Shown: positions 8,133-17,537 of the stretch, one piece after another
Numbering within the stretch: the first letter of the stretch is position 1
How the letters are laid out: the number at the start of each line of letters is the position of its first letter
Source of the DNA: a bacterium
GTDB lineage: Bacteria; Arandabacterota; Arandabacteria; Arandabacterales; JALGWA01
DNA length: 24,899 nucleotides
Direction of reading: 5' to 3'
Assembly: GCA_050125095.1 (NCBI GenBank)
Contig: JASFEA010000029.1
Coordinates: 1-24,899, forward strand
The notes under the pieces: generated by a model
What the model was told of the DNA's origin: nothing
The model's input: the letters and a program-made list of their open reading frames with translations, nothing else
Database searches by the model: none
Translations under genes and position numbers: made by a program

Positions 8133-8468
8133 ATGCTGGACCTAATCGGCGTTATCGCCCTCATGTTCTTCATTCTCGCACTCATAAGGATGATCATGGC
8201 CCACAGGCTCAGGAACAAGATCCTCTCCAAGGAGCCGCCGCCAGACGTGACGGCCAGGATCCTCCAACCCGAGTCAGCGCGTTCGAGGGCTCTTGCCTCG
8301 CTCAAATGGGCCCTGGTGCTCATCGGCGTCGGCCTGGGAGTGGGCTTCGGCCAGTTCGCGCCGAGCCACATGAAGGACAATATGACTCTGGCCGGGATCT
8401 TTGTATTCGCAGGGCTGGGTTACCTCATTTACTACCTGATCGCGCTGAGGGCCGCAGAGGGGGAGTGA
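8133..8468 (+). CDS. Small membrane protein (DUF6249-like), divergent from the ECF sigma
   Basis: SD AAGGAGG, ATG 8133; three hydrophobic segments; SLKWALVLIGVGLG and FAGLGYLIYY. Confidence 0.8.
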   Translation: MLDLIGVIALMFFILALIRMIMAHRLRNKILSKEPPPDVTARILQPESARSRALASLKWALVLIGVGLGVGFGQFAPSHMKDNMTLAGIFVFAGLGYLIYYLIALRAAEGE

Positions 8469-8493
8469 GCGACGGGACGGTGCTGTTAAGAAT

Positions 8494-8583
8494 TGGCGGA
8501 GAGAGAGGGATTCGAACCCTCGGGACGGAAAACCGCCCACGTGATTTCCAGTCACGCCGATTCAGCCGCTCTCGCATCTCTCC
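8494..8583 (-). tRNA. tRNA-Ser(GGA)
   Basis: GGAGAGA acceptor stem, CGTGA-CT-GGA-AA-TCACG, long variable arm, encoded CCA. Confidence 0.96.
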
Positions 8584-8679
8584 GCGGCATATGTGGTCGC
8601 TGCCCGCGCGGGGATCAGGCTGCTGCGCACTTCAAGACATGTGCACAGAGACCTGGACCCTTCGTATTGTGCGCGGGCC

Positions 8680-8717
8680 GGGGTCAGACCCCTGTGCATT
8701 TTAAGACCTGACCCCTG
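8680..8717. repeat. GGGGTCAG REP-like repeat, copy 2
   Basis: Palindrome GGGGTCAGACCCC followed by TGTGCATTTTAAGACCTGACCCCTG, in the tRNA-Ser spacer. Confidence 0.7.
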
Positions 8718-8725
8718 CATTTATA

Positions 8726-8815
8726 TGGCGGAGAGAGAGGGATTCGAACCCCCGGGGCAGTTGCCTGCCCAACGGTTTTCGAGACCGCCCCATTCGACCG
8801 CTCTGGCATCTCTCC
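8726..8815 (-). tRNA. tRNA-Ser(CGA)
   Basis: GCGGT-CT-CGA-AA-ACCGT anticodon arm, long variable arm, encoded CCA. Confidence 0.96.
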
Positions 8816-8818
8816 GCG

Positions 8819-9295
8819 CTATTCGCTTTTCCCGTCGGCCTCCCGGAGTTTGACAAAGAACTCCTGAAGCAGCCCCCTGCACTCTTCCTCCAGAATGCCT
8901 CCGCTAATAATAACTTCGCGGTCTGTATATTTCAACCCGCCAAGGCTGACCGCGCCCCCGCAGGCCCCGCTCCTTATGTCTTTCGCCCCGTAGACGACCC
9001 TGGAGACCCTGGACATGAAAGCGGCCCCAAGGCACATCATGCAGGGTTCGACCGTGACGTAGAGCGTCGCGCCCTCCAGCCGCCAGTCTCCCAGGTTCTC
9101 GGACGCCGCCCCTATCGCGATTACCTCCGCATGGGCGGTGGCGTCCTTGAGACGCTCGACCCGGTTGTAACCGCGCCCCAGCACCTGCTCCCCGGCAACC
9201 ACGACGGCGCCGATAGGCACCTCGTCCTCTTCCAGCGCCCTCCGCCCCTCCCGCAGGGCCTCCCGCATATACTTGACGTCGGTTTCATAGTCCAT
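8819..9295 (-). CDS. tadA: tRNA adenosine(34) deaminase
   Basis: EVPIGAVVV, DATAHAE, LYVTVEPCMMC, FFVKLR; adjacent to tRNA-Ser. Confidence 0.93.
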   Translation of the reverse strand: MDYETDVKYMREALREGRRALEEDEVPIGAVVVAGEQVLGRGYNRVERLKDATAHAEVIAIGAASENLGDWRLEGATLYVTVEPCMMCLGAAFMSRVSRVVYGAKDIRSGACGGAVSLGGLKYTDREVIISGGILEEECRGLLQEFFVKLREADGKSE

Positions 9296-9303
9296 ATGGG
9301 CAG

Positions 9304-9332
9304 AAGTTAGCAGACGGGATTTGCCGCGTCAA
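9304..9332 (-). promoter_or_regulatory. Sigma70-type promoter for tadA and the tRNA-Ser pair
   Basis: TTGACG-17 nt-TAACTT with extended -10 TG; ATG 8 nt downstream. Confidence 0.7.
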
Positions 9333-9349
9333 GAAGGGCCGCGGCCGCC

Positions 9350-12300
9350 CTATCTTATCATGATCACCTTGCGGGAAGTCATGGCGCCGTCGACCGACAC
9401 GGCCAGGAAGTAGACGCCGGCCGCCACCCGGGTTCCTCTTTCGCCGGTACCGTCCCAGCTGACCTGATAATAGCCCGGCGCCATCATTCTGTCTGTCAGC
9501 CGCTTGACCACCCGGCCCTCAACATTGTAAACCGATACGTCCACGGCCCGCATTTCTTCAGCGGGCACCGGCCAGGATGCGTCGTCCGAATGCGAGGCCC
9601 TTCTGGGGAGTCCGAATGCGAGCCGGACGTCGCGCTTCACGGGATTGGGGAAAGGCACACCCACCACCAGGCCCCCCGGAGTGCGTCTGTAGCCGTTACC
9701 GCTTACCGGCCCGACGAAGGTCTCCAGGCCGTAACCGTCCACGATTCCCAGAGTGTAATAATAGTTCCTCGCTTCCGCTATCAAAGTGTCGGCGTAGACG
9801 AAAGTCGTGTCCTCAGCGAGCTCGAAATCGACTTGTACATGCGTAAGGTCGCCCTCGGGAACCGGCCGCCCGTCGGGATAGCGGTAGAGACGGTAGCATA
9901 TCTGGTCGTCGAACTCGCGGACATTCAAGAGCACCCTTATGGCGCCGTCCTGCGAAAGCGCGTCGAACCTGCTGACCTCCGCCACGCGCCTGATGCCGCC
10001 GAACCTGAGGCCCCGTATCTCGGTGTAGGCCCCCCTCCCGTCTATCCAAACCACTGAAGAGTCTGTGACAGCCGGCAGGGTCTGGGCGGCCACCTGCCTT
10101 GTGACTGGGAATTCCTCCCGCTCGGCCAGCCTGTAGCCGTAGATGTCCCAGTTGCCGTTCCGGTTGTCCTGCCAGACTACGAAGTCGCCGCTTACCGCCG
10201 GGTTGACCTGCAGGCCGTCGACGGCCGCCACCGCAACCTTCTCTCCCCCGGGCAGTTCCAGCATGTAGATGTCGCCGCCGTCCCAGCCGCGATCCTCCCA
10301 CACGACCACGTCTCCCCATATGCGGGGATTCATCTGGTCGCCCGGGTCCGTGCATACCGGAATCACCGTGCCGGCCCCGATGTCGTAGGCGTAGATGTCG
10401 AAGCCGCCTTCCGACCTCTCATGCCATACCGCGTATTCGTCCGACACATCGGGACTTCCCGCGTCCCGGCCGGGCGCCGCGATCGTCCTCACCGTGTCCT
10501 GCCCCGCCCGGCACTTGACGGCGGGGCCGGCGGCCGCATGAGACACCCAGACTATGTTGTCGCCCCATACTGCCGGCTCATCCTCGTCGTCCGCGCCGGT
10601 GCTCACGACGAATGCCAGGCTGTCCAGCAGATCATAGCCCACGATGTCGCCGCCGGAGGAGTACACGATGCTCTTCCAGGCGATGTCCACGTCATGTCCC
10701 CAGTCCTCAAACGCCATGCCAAATGGCGTATCGGATCCTACCGAGAACACGCAATCGCACCAGGGCGAGTAGCCGGCTATGTTGGATCTCGAGATCTCGA
10801 CGCTCGTCGCGGGCGGGACGCCCGGAATCCCGAACACCTCGCCCTGTATCCCGGACTTGACGTCGAAGTGGGTCACGTTGTTGTCCTGATGGTACTCCAG
10901 CACGTCACCGGCCCTGTCCGCGACGCACCAGATCCTGCGATAGTCGTCATGGAAGGGGCCGACATGGTACTTCACCTCCAGGGACATCTTTCCATTTATT
11001 ACCAGGGAGTCCATCTCGAAACTCGCGAAACACGTCGAGTCCGATACGACACTGTCATAAAAGGCCAGCACGAAAGAGCGCGCCACGTCCTCTCCGGTGT
11101 TCTCAAGCACCGCCCGGACCCTGAGCGAGTCGCCTATGGTCGCCGGAAGGTCGCCGACGCCGGCAATATCGGTCGAGAGGTCGGGCACGGAGAGATAGAA
11201 GCGCTTCGAAGCCGCGTTGTTGAGATCGAATCTCTCGACCACCCTGTCGTCGCGGTCGACCACCACGTATATCATGCGCGAGAATTCCCCGCCCGGCACC
11301 TGCCAGGGCACGGTCAGCAGCGTATCCGTCTTATAGGCCAGGTTGTCTATCCGGAAATTATGAATGAGAAGTGAATCCTCCAGGCCGTCGCGGTAGATGC
11401 CTACATCGAAGTCCGCGGCGTCGACATGACCCACGTTCCTGACCAGCACGCTGATGTCGATCCGCTCGCGTTCCCTGGGTTTGAGCGGTTCGAACTTCAT
11501 GTCGTCAACCGAGACCGCGACGTCGGGAAGGGGCTCGTTGCCCTTCGGAACGAAGCCGTAGTAGCCTGTATTCCAGATGTCGCCTCTGGCCTTGGGCCAG
11601 TCCATCTTGCCCGCCGCCTTTGCGCCCACGAAGCGCCATACCTGCACCACTCCGGTGGTCGTGGCGAACACGAGCTCCACGTTGCCGTCGCCGTCAAGGT
11701 CCGAGATGGCAGGCGACGCCCAGACCTTGCCCTCGATCCCCACCGGGAATCCCTCGAGCGAGCCCTGGGCCCCGAAGGCCTGCACCTCGGCGATCCCGGT
11801 GCCCTGGTGCGCCACCGTCCCCGCGAGAGCCTCCAGCCTTCCGTTGCCGTTGAGGTCGCCGAAAGCCGGCTCGCAGTTCTGGAACGGGTAGCCGGCCTGC
11901 GCCTCAATAGCGTGGCACTCCTCGCCGTCCGCCTCCCACGCGATTATGGTCCCGCAGGAAGTCGATACGGCGACCTCCGGCAGGCCGTCGTTATCGATGT
12001 CAGCCGGTATGGGCGCGCTCAGCGACGAGCAGTTATAGGCCCAGCGCGGCCAGTCGGGCCACACATGCCCACCGGCGCCTACGACATAGATGGAGTTCGA
12101 CCACAGACCCGATACTATTATCTCGATGCCGCCGTCGCCGTTGAGATCGGCCAGCGCGGGGGAGCCCCTGCCGCATCCGTTTCCGACGAAGACCGGCCAG
12201 CCATCATGCGGCGTCCCGTCACCATTGAGGACATGAAGGTCGCCCCCATACGTGCCCGCAACCACATCCGGTACGTGGTCGCCGTTTACGTCGCCAGCGG

Positions 12301-14473
12301 CGGGGGACATCCACACGCCGCCGCCGCCCAGCATCACGGGCCACCCGGGCACCCCCGTCCCGTCCTCGTTCCAGGCGTAAAGGCGGCCGTCCATCGAGCC
12401 GCATATGATCTCGACCATGCCGTCATCGTCAATGTCCGCAAGGACGGGCGAACTTCTCACCGCGCCGCCGGTGGCCTGCGGCCACCCCGGCGTGAGGCCT
12501 CCGTCCGTCTCTATCGAGTAGACGCGGCCGTCCTGCGAGCCGATTATCACCTCCGGCGCCCCGTCAATGTCTATGTCGCAGACGGCCGCCGAGGCGGTGA
12601 CCCTGCCGTCCGTATCAAAAGGCCAGCCGGGGAAGAGCGTGCCGTCCGATCTCCAGACATAGACTTTCCTGTCATAGCAGCCCAATATGATCTCTTTGAG
12701 CCCGTCGCCGTCGAGGTCATATGTGACCGGGGAAGAGTAAATGATATCGCCCAGCGAATTGGGCCAGCCCGCCAGCACTCTGATCGGGACTCCGAGCACG
12801 AAGCTCTCCATGGAAGAGAACGTATCGGCCCCGAAGCCGGCCTCGATGAGAACGTCGAAATGTATATCGTGCGGCTCGGGGATGTTGTCCTTTATGTCGA
12901 GGACAAACGGAATGAATTCCGATAGGGTCGAGTCGCCGAGCACCGGGAGGCTCATGACCGGGTTAACGATGGTCACATAGGGATCAAGGGTGGTAAGCGT
13001 GGCCACCAGATCGGCGCAGCCGATGCCGTAATTCACGAGCCGGACGTTGAGAGTCAGGGTCTCGCCCGGGTCGGGCTCTTCGTCGCCGTCTCCGGAGGAG
13101 TCGTCGACCAGGTGATCTTCATAGAGAATAACCGGCGAGTTGACTTCGATCTCGAAGGTCATGACGTCGCCGGGATCGCTTATGTCCCTGATGCTTACCT
13201 GTGTCGGCATGCCCTCGTAGGAGTAGTTGTCGGGCACGGTCTGCCACGAGAACTCGCGATTGTCCGCCGTCCCGGGATAGGGGTCGCCGCCGTCCGACCC
13301 GAAGCCCCAGCTCCGGACCTTCTCGAGGTCGAACTCCCCGTCCGCCTGCTCGAGCGAAATGAGATGCCTGCCCTCTCCGGAATTGTCATCCACCCGCTCG
13401 TCCACATGGTAGATGTAAAGACCCTCGCCGAACAGCGAGAGCCAGGAGTCATAAGATTTGGCCCTGCGGTTCTCCACCATGAAATACTGCGGCCCCGGCT
13501 GGCCGTCATTCCAGAGGATCAGGGCCTGCGGCTGGTCCTCTATACACGCCAGGGCGTAGGATTCGACGTTCGAGCCCACGACCACGGGCTCGATGAAGCC
13601 CAGCTTCATCCTCGACCATGCATCCAGCCCCACCGGGCGCGAACCGTCGCCGCCGCCCCATGAACCGTAAGCCATGAGAGAGGCCATGCCAAGGCCGAAG
13701 GAACTCAAGGTTATATCATAAAGGTCCGGAAGTCCCAGGAGGTGCCCGAGCTCATGCGCGAAGAGACCCATCCTGGCGTCCTCGGGCTCCGTGGCGTAGT
13801 TGATCACGTACACGCCGTCCAGCGCGCGCGGGCGGATTCTGCCCGCGTGCGAATGAATATCCCCGGGGTCGAGCGTCCACTCATATCCCCTGCCCGCGTG
13901 CACGACGAGCAGGAAATCCACGACGCCGTCGTCATCACCGGAATCGGGGATGCCGTCGGGCCCGTCATTGTCGTATCGAGAATAGTCTATGGCGGCATCC
14001 GCCGCGTCCACGGCGTCTTCAATCATCTTCTGGGTGTTCGTGGGATAGCCGCCCATGCCCCTGCGGTTGTCCGCATAATAGGACAGGGGCTCCGGGACGT
14101 CGAACCAGGCGTATATGTCCCCCTCAACGTCCATCTTGCCGAATGAATTGGCGAGGAAGTACGAACGCATGCTGCCCGGGTTTTCCGAGGAAAACAGCAT
14201 GTCTCGGAACCACTCCACGCTGTGCGTAAGCGTGTCCGACCTTATGTCCTCGAAATTAACGAGTATGACGAGGCAGTTGATGGTGTCCTGCGCCAGGGCT
14301 GCGGGCGCCTTGAGGATTTGCGGGCCTTCAAACTCCAGCGTCTGCGCGGCCTCGTCCAGCCGGCCCTCTTCGACGAGTTTCTCAATGAGATCCGGCCGCA
14401 CGGGGACTGAGCTCGCGGTGCCAGCCGCAGACAACAGGGCCGCAAACGCCAGTGCCAGGATGTAGTACTTCAT
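9350..14473 (-). CDS. Secreted M6 (immune inhibitor A-like) metalloprotease with FG-GAP-like repeats, CARDB-like domains, beta-propeller repeats and an FlgD/T9SS-like C-terminal domain
   Basis: Signal peptide; VVHAGRG, AHELGHLLGLPDLY, SLMAYGSW, YFMVENR, YIYHVDE; eight DxDGDG-type repeats; two VVD...E...NN CARDB-like units; WQDNRNGNWDIY-type repeats; FPNP...YNVEGRVV...WDG...GVYF tail. Confidence 0.88.
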   Translation of the reverse strand: MKYYILALAFAALLSAAGTASSVPVRPDLIEKLVEEGRLDEAAQTLEFEGPQILKAPAALAQDTINCLVILVNFEDIRSDTLTHSVEWFRDMLFSSENPGSMRSYFLANSFGKMDVEGDIYAWFDVPEPLSYYADNRRGMGGYPTNTQKMIEDAVDAADAAIDYSRYDNDGPDGIPDSGDDDGVVDFLLVVHAGRGYEWTLDPGDIHSHAGRIRPRALDGVYVINYATEPEDARMGLFAHELGHLLGLPDLYDITLSSFGLGMASLMAYGSWGGGDGSRPVGLDAWSRMKLGFIEPVVVGSNVESYALACIEDQPQALILWNDGQPGPQYFMVENRRAKSYDSWLSLFGEGLYIYHVDERVDDNSGEGRHLISLEQADGEFDLEKVRSWGFGSDGGDPYPGTADNREFSWQTVPDNYSYEGMPTQVSIRDISDPGDVMTFEIEVNSPVILYEDHLVDDSSGDGDEEPDPGETLTLNVRLVNYGIGCADLVATLTTLDPYVTIVNPVMSLPVLGDSTLSEFIPFVLDIKDNIPEPHDIHFDVLIEAGFGADTFSSMESFVLGVPIRVLAGWPNSLGDIIYSSPVTYDLDGDGLKEIILGCYDRKVYVWRSDGTLFPGWPFDTDGRVTASAAVCDIDIDGAPEVIIGSQDGRVYSIETDGGLTPGWPQATGGAVRSSPVLADIDDDGMVEIICGSMDGRLYAWNEDGTGVPGWPVMLGGGGVWMSPAAGDVNGDHVPDVVAGTYGGDLHVLNGDGTPHDGWPVFVGNGCGRGSPALADLNGDGGIEIIVSGLWSNSIYVVGAGGHVWPDWPRWAYNCSSLSAPIPADIDNDGLPEVAVSTSCGTIIAWEADGEECHAIEAQAGYPFQNCEPAFGDLNGNGRLEALAGTVAHQGTGIAEVQAFGAQGSLEGFPVGIEGKVWASPAISDLDGDGNVELVFATTTGVVQVWRFVGAKAAGKMDWPKARGDIWNTGYYGFVPKGNEPLPDVAVSVDDMKFEPLKPRERERIDISVLVRNVGHVDAADFDVGIYRDGLEDSLLIHNFRIDNLAYKTDTLLTVPWQVPGGEFSRMIYVVVDRDDRVVERFDLNNAASKRFYLSVPDLSTDIAGVGDLPATIGDSLRVRAVLENTGEDVARSFVLAFYDSVVSDSTCFASFEMDSLVINGKMSLEVKYHVGPFHDDYRRIWCVADRAGDVLEYHQDNNVTHFDVKSGIQGEVFGIPGVPPATSVEISRSNIAGYSPWCDCVFSVGSDTPFGMAFEDWGHDVDIAWKSIVYSSGGDIVGYDLLDSLAFVVSTGADDEDEPAVWGDNIVWVSHAAAGPAVKCRAGQDTVRTIAAPGRDAGSPDVSDEYAVWHERSEGGFDIYAYDIGAGTVIPVCTDPGDQMNPRIWGDVVVWEDRGWDGGDIYMLELPGGEKVAVAAVDGLQVNPAVSGDFVVWQDNRNGNWDIYGYRLAEREEFPVTRQVAAQTLPAVTDSSVVWIDGRGAYTEIRGLRFGGIRRVAEVSRFDALSQDGAIRVLLNVREFDDQICYRLYRYPDGRPVPEGDLTHVQVDFELAEDTTFVYADTLIAEARNYYYTLGIVDGYGLETFVGPVSGNGYRRTPGGLVVGVPFPNPVKRDVRLAFGLPRRASHSDDASWPVPAEEMRAVDVSVYNVEGRVVKRLTDRMMAPGYYQVSWDGTGERGTRVAAGVYFLAVSVDGAMTSRKVIMIR

Positions 14474-14489
14474 ACCATCCCCTCGGTTC

Positions 14490-16532
14490 TCAGGGGTTGT
14501 TCATACCTCTTACTTCTTCGATCTTATCCCTCAGTTCTTTAGATGACGGCAGATATTTGAGGGCGCGTTCAAAAAACCGAGCGGCCTCCGCGTAACGCCC
14601 CTGAGCTTCGTAACCCAGGCCCACGACATAGAGCGCTTCAGGATTGCGGGGATTCAGGCTCAGCGCGGCCCTGCCGAGTGAGATCCCCCGGTCCGCTTCC
14701 CCGAGTTCAACCAGCATCCTGGCAACCGAGACCATGGCCGCCTCGTCGTCCCGGCACAAGTCGGACGCGCGCACCAGGGTCCGCGCGGCTTCTTCGCGCC
14801 GCCCCAGGTTGTACTGGCAGAGACCCAGATTGTATAAGGCAATGCAGAGGCCGGGATCGGCCTCAAGCGCTTTCTCGAAGTAATCCGCCGCCTGCTCGAA
14901 GTCCTCCCCGCGCGCGAGGGCGATCCCCAGCGACACGTAGGCAAACGGCCTGTAGTTGGGGTTCAGGGCCATGGCACGGCCCATGTACTCGCGCGCCTCC
15001 ACCCACATTCCCATATTGGCGTAGGCCCGTCCGGCGTGGTAATAGGGTCTGGCGTCGGAAGGCGTCATCTCCATGGCCTCTTTATAAAGCTCCAGCGCCT
15101 CGTCGTAATCCCCGGCGGCTTCGTACAGCGCGCCTTCATTCACGATATGCGTGGGAAGGTAGTCCTGGTCATCGACGCCCAGGAAAGCCGAGGTCGACAC
15201 GGCGAAGAGCACCGCGGCCGCCGCGACCATTGCGGCCAGGGCAAAGTACTTCCGTTCAACCGCCGCATGCACCATGGCGTAGACGGCGTATCCGCCCAGC
15301 ATCGCCATGAAGGGAACCGCCGGGAGCCTGTATCTCCATATCACGAAAAACCCGACCGCGAGCGCGCCCCAGGCAAGCAGGCCGGCTGCAGGAACCAGGG
15401 CGTACCGCACGCGCCTCACAAGCGAGACCACGAGGCCCACGAGGCCCAGGGGCATCACCACGGCATAGGTCAGGAGAGGCAGTTTGAGAACATTCGTGCT
15501 TCTCTCGGTGAAGCGCTGCACCGGCTTTATGTCGCTTCGTTCATAAGCGTTGAGGAAGTAGTAGGTCTTTCTTAGCATCAGCCCGGCCCAGCGCGGGAAG
15601 TCGCCGCGTATCTCCGCCAGCGTCATCCGCATGTAGTAGTCAGATAGTTCGCTGTCGGGAAGTTCCCTTCCCATCCGCTCACGGGCAGCCACCCTCGAGC
15701 CCTCTATGATGCTGTCCTCTCCCGGGTCAATGGCGACCCCGTAGATATATGAGGTGGGCGGAGCCATGGGCGTCTTGCCGTCGGCGAAAGAGGCGTTTCC
15801 TATATACAGGTTCACGGCCCCCTGCGGGGAGAAGATGAACAACTTGTTATATGCCATGTAGTTCCTTACACCCAGCAACATAAGAAACCCCGCGAATACT
15901 ATAGCCACGGTCGAGGCAAGACGTAACCCTCTTTTTGTGCGCTTGAGGAAGGCCAGAACGGCGATCATGACAAGCGCAAAGGGGAAGATGTCGGGCCGCG
16001 TGTAAAAGCCGGCGCCCAGGAAGACGCCCGCCAGGGCCGCGTCCCTGTAACGCATGTCATACAGGCATTTGAGAAGGAACCATACCGCGAGGAGCATGAA
16101 GAACATGAAGAAGGTGGTGGGCAGTATCTCGCCGTCCGAGTAAATGGCCATGCGATAGAAGGCGAGGGCGAAACCCGCCGCGGCGCCGACCGCCCTGCCG
16201 AAGAGCTTTCTCCCCATTAGAAACACCAGGCCGCAGGACATCGCGCCGATTAAGGCCTGGATGATGAGCGGCGCCGCGAAAGACTCGCCGAAGACTCTGT
16301 AGCAGAGGGCGATGAAATACACGTAGAGCGGAACCCTGAAGGACGCGCTGGCGGCGATATGGTCGCCGGCGAGAACGTCCAGGGCCTTGGTGTGATACCA
16401 GGCCGAATCCAGGACGGGGTGGCTGAGGTAAATGGAGTCAGCGATGTCGACGAGGTAGGCCAGCCTGATTACAAGAGCTGCCAGAACGATGGCGGCCAGC
16501 AGGTAGCGATCCGACCTCGAGTAGTCTCCCAT
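14490..16532 (-). CDS. GT-C (family 39/ArnT-PMT-like) membrane glycosyltransferase with C-terminal TPRs
   Basis: LAALVIRL...HPVLDSAWY, FRVPLYVYF, many TM helices, NLYIGN, RYRLP, then TPR array; ATG 16532 preferred (GGAAGGA SD) over 16574. Confidence 0.8.
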   Translation of the reverse strand: MGDYSRSDRYLLAAIVLAALVIRLAYLVDIADSIYLSHPVLDSAWYHTKALDVLAGDHIAASASFRVPLYVYFIALCYRVFGESFAAPLIIQALIGAMSCGLVFLMGRKLFGRAVGAAAGFALAFYRMAIYSDGEILPTTFFMFFMLLAVWFLLKCLYDMRYRDAALAGVFLGAGFYTRPDIFPFALVMIAVLAFLKRTKRGLRLASTVAIVFAGFLMLLGVRNYMAYNKLFIFSPQGAVNLYIGNASFADGKTPMAPPTSYIYGVAIDPGEDSIIEGSRVAARERMGRELPDSELSDYYMRMTLAEIRGDFPRWAGLMLRKTYYFLNAYERSDIKPVQRFTERSTNVLKLPLLTYAVVMPLGLVGLVVSLVRRVRYALVPAAGLLAWGALAVGFFVIWRYRLPAVPFMAMLGGYAVYAMVHAAVERKYFALAAMVAAAAVLFAVSTSAFLGVDDQDYLPTHIVNEGALYEAAGDYDEALELYKEAMEMTPSDARPYYHAGRAYANMGMWVEAREYMGRAMALNPNYRPFAYVSLGIALARGEDFEQAADYFEKALEADPGLCIALYNLGLCQYNLGRREEAARTLVRASDLCRDDEAAMVSVARMLVELGEADRGISLGRAALSLNPRNPEALYVVGLGYEAQGRYAEAARFFERALKYLPSSKELRDKIEEVRGMNNP

Positions 16533-16580
16533 AACGTCCTTCCACCGCCTGCCCGCTGACCGGCAAACCGTCATGTCCGG

Positions 16581-17435
16581 CTATTCTTCTTCCGCGGCCG
16601 CCTCCTCCGGGCACCTGTCGAACAGGGAGTCGTGGGTCGCGTTTGTCCACGGCCTGATGACCACGTCGTTCTGAAGCCGCGGGTTGGGGCAGTTGCTGCC
16701 CCAGTAGTTATGGGATGCGACGCAGACCTCGCGCCTGTCGGTAAAGAGGGCGCCGTCGATCTGCAGGCCCTCATTGTAGACGTCATACGAATTGCTGATG
16801 ATGTCGTTGGCCGTGGTCAGGGACCCTCCGATTACCGGATACGAATGACCCAGCACCAGTATGCCGCGCCCGTTTGACTTGATGAGATTCCTGGCGATCA
16901 CCGGGGCGGAGCTTATGAGCGAAATGCCGTTGGGATTTCTCACGATCTCATTCTCGAGTATTTCCGGGTTCGCCTCATCCATGTGAATGCCGCGATTGCA
17001 TCCGCTGAACTTGTTCCCCTTGACAAAAGCATTGCTCCTGTAAAGGCCCAGGCCGTCCCAGGAGTCGAGGAAGATATTGTCGGTAATGACGGGCGCCCCC
17101 GACGAACAGACAACGCATGCGTTAGAGCCCCTGCCCTGGAAAGTGAATCCCGAGACAAGCGTCTCCATGTCGCAGTCATTGAGGAGGAGAATATGCCATC
17201 TCCGGTTCCACAGAGTCGTGGAGTCCTTGCCTGCCGCCGATATAACGGTGACGCCGCTCCTCACTCTTTCCTGCACGCGGTACTTGCCCGGGTACACCAG
17301 TACCGTGTCGCCGTAGTAGGCGTTACGCAGCGCCATGCGCATGTCCGGCTCGTCCTGCGGCACCCTTATGGTCTTCGAAAAGCAGGTTACCTGAAACAGC
17401 AGCAAGAAAGCGATTACAGCTGCGGCGAATTTCAT
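16581..17435 (-). CDS. Secreted right-handed beta-helix (NosD/pectin-lyase-like) protein
   Basis: SD GGAGGG, signal peptide, TIRVPQD...GDTVLVYPGKY, repeated P-I-x-N-x-I-xx-N-xx-GI units, NYWG. The ORF-track start at 17522 lies inside tRNA-Arg. Confidence 0.82.
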   Translation of the reverse strand: MKFAAAVIAFLLLFQVTCFSKTIRVPQDEPDMRMALRNAYYGDTVLVYPGKYRVQERVRSGVTVISAAGKDSTTLWNRRWHILLLNDCDMETLVSGFTFQGRGSNACVVCSSGAPVITDNIFLDSWDGLGLYRSNAFVKGNKFSGCNRGIHMDEANPEILENEIVRNPNGISLISSAPVIARNLIKSNGRGILVLGHSYPVIGGSLTTANDIISNSYDVYNEGLQIDGALFTDRREVCVASHNYWGSNCPNPRLQNDVVIRPWTNATHDSLFDRCPEEAAAEEE

Positions 17436-17460
17436 CTGAATTCCCTCCACTCGCAATGGC

Positions 17461-17537
17461 TGGCGCGCCCGGCAGGAGTCGAACCCGCAACCTCGTGGTC
17501 CGTAGCCACGCGCTCTATCCAATTGAGCTACAGGCGC
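17461..17537 (-). tRNA. tRNA-Arg(ACG)
   Basis: GCGCCTGTAGCTCAATTGGATAGAGC, CGTGG-CT-ACG-GA-CCACG, CCA; 77 nt. Confidence 0.97.

Noticed and set aside
4827..8715. Tn3-like transposon bounded by GGGG inverted repeats
   Set aside because: No transposase or resolvase, no target-site duplication, and the interval contains housekeeping tRNAs.
10421..12925. Long + strand ORFs (317 and 499 aa), and similar ones at 105-755, 1449-2597 and 18245-19015
   Set aside because: Antisense shadows of well-supported genes, expected in high-GC DNA; no recognisable motifs.
9350..17460. Genomic island integrated at tRNA-Arg
   Set aside because: No duplicated tRNA 3' end near 9330-9350, no mobility gene and no obvious compositional shift.
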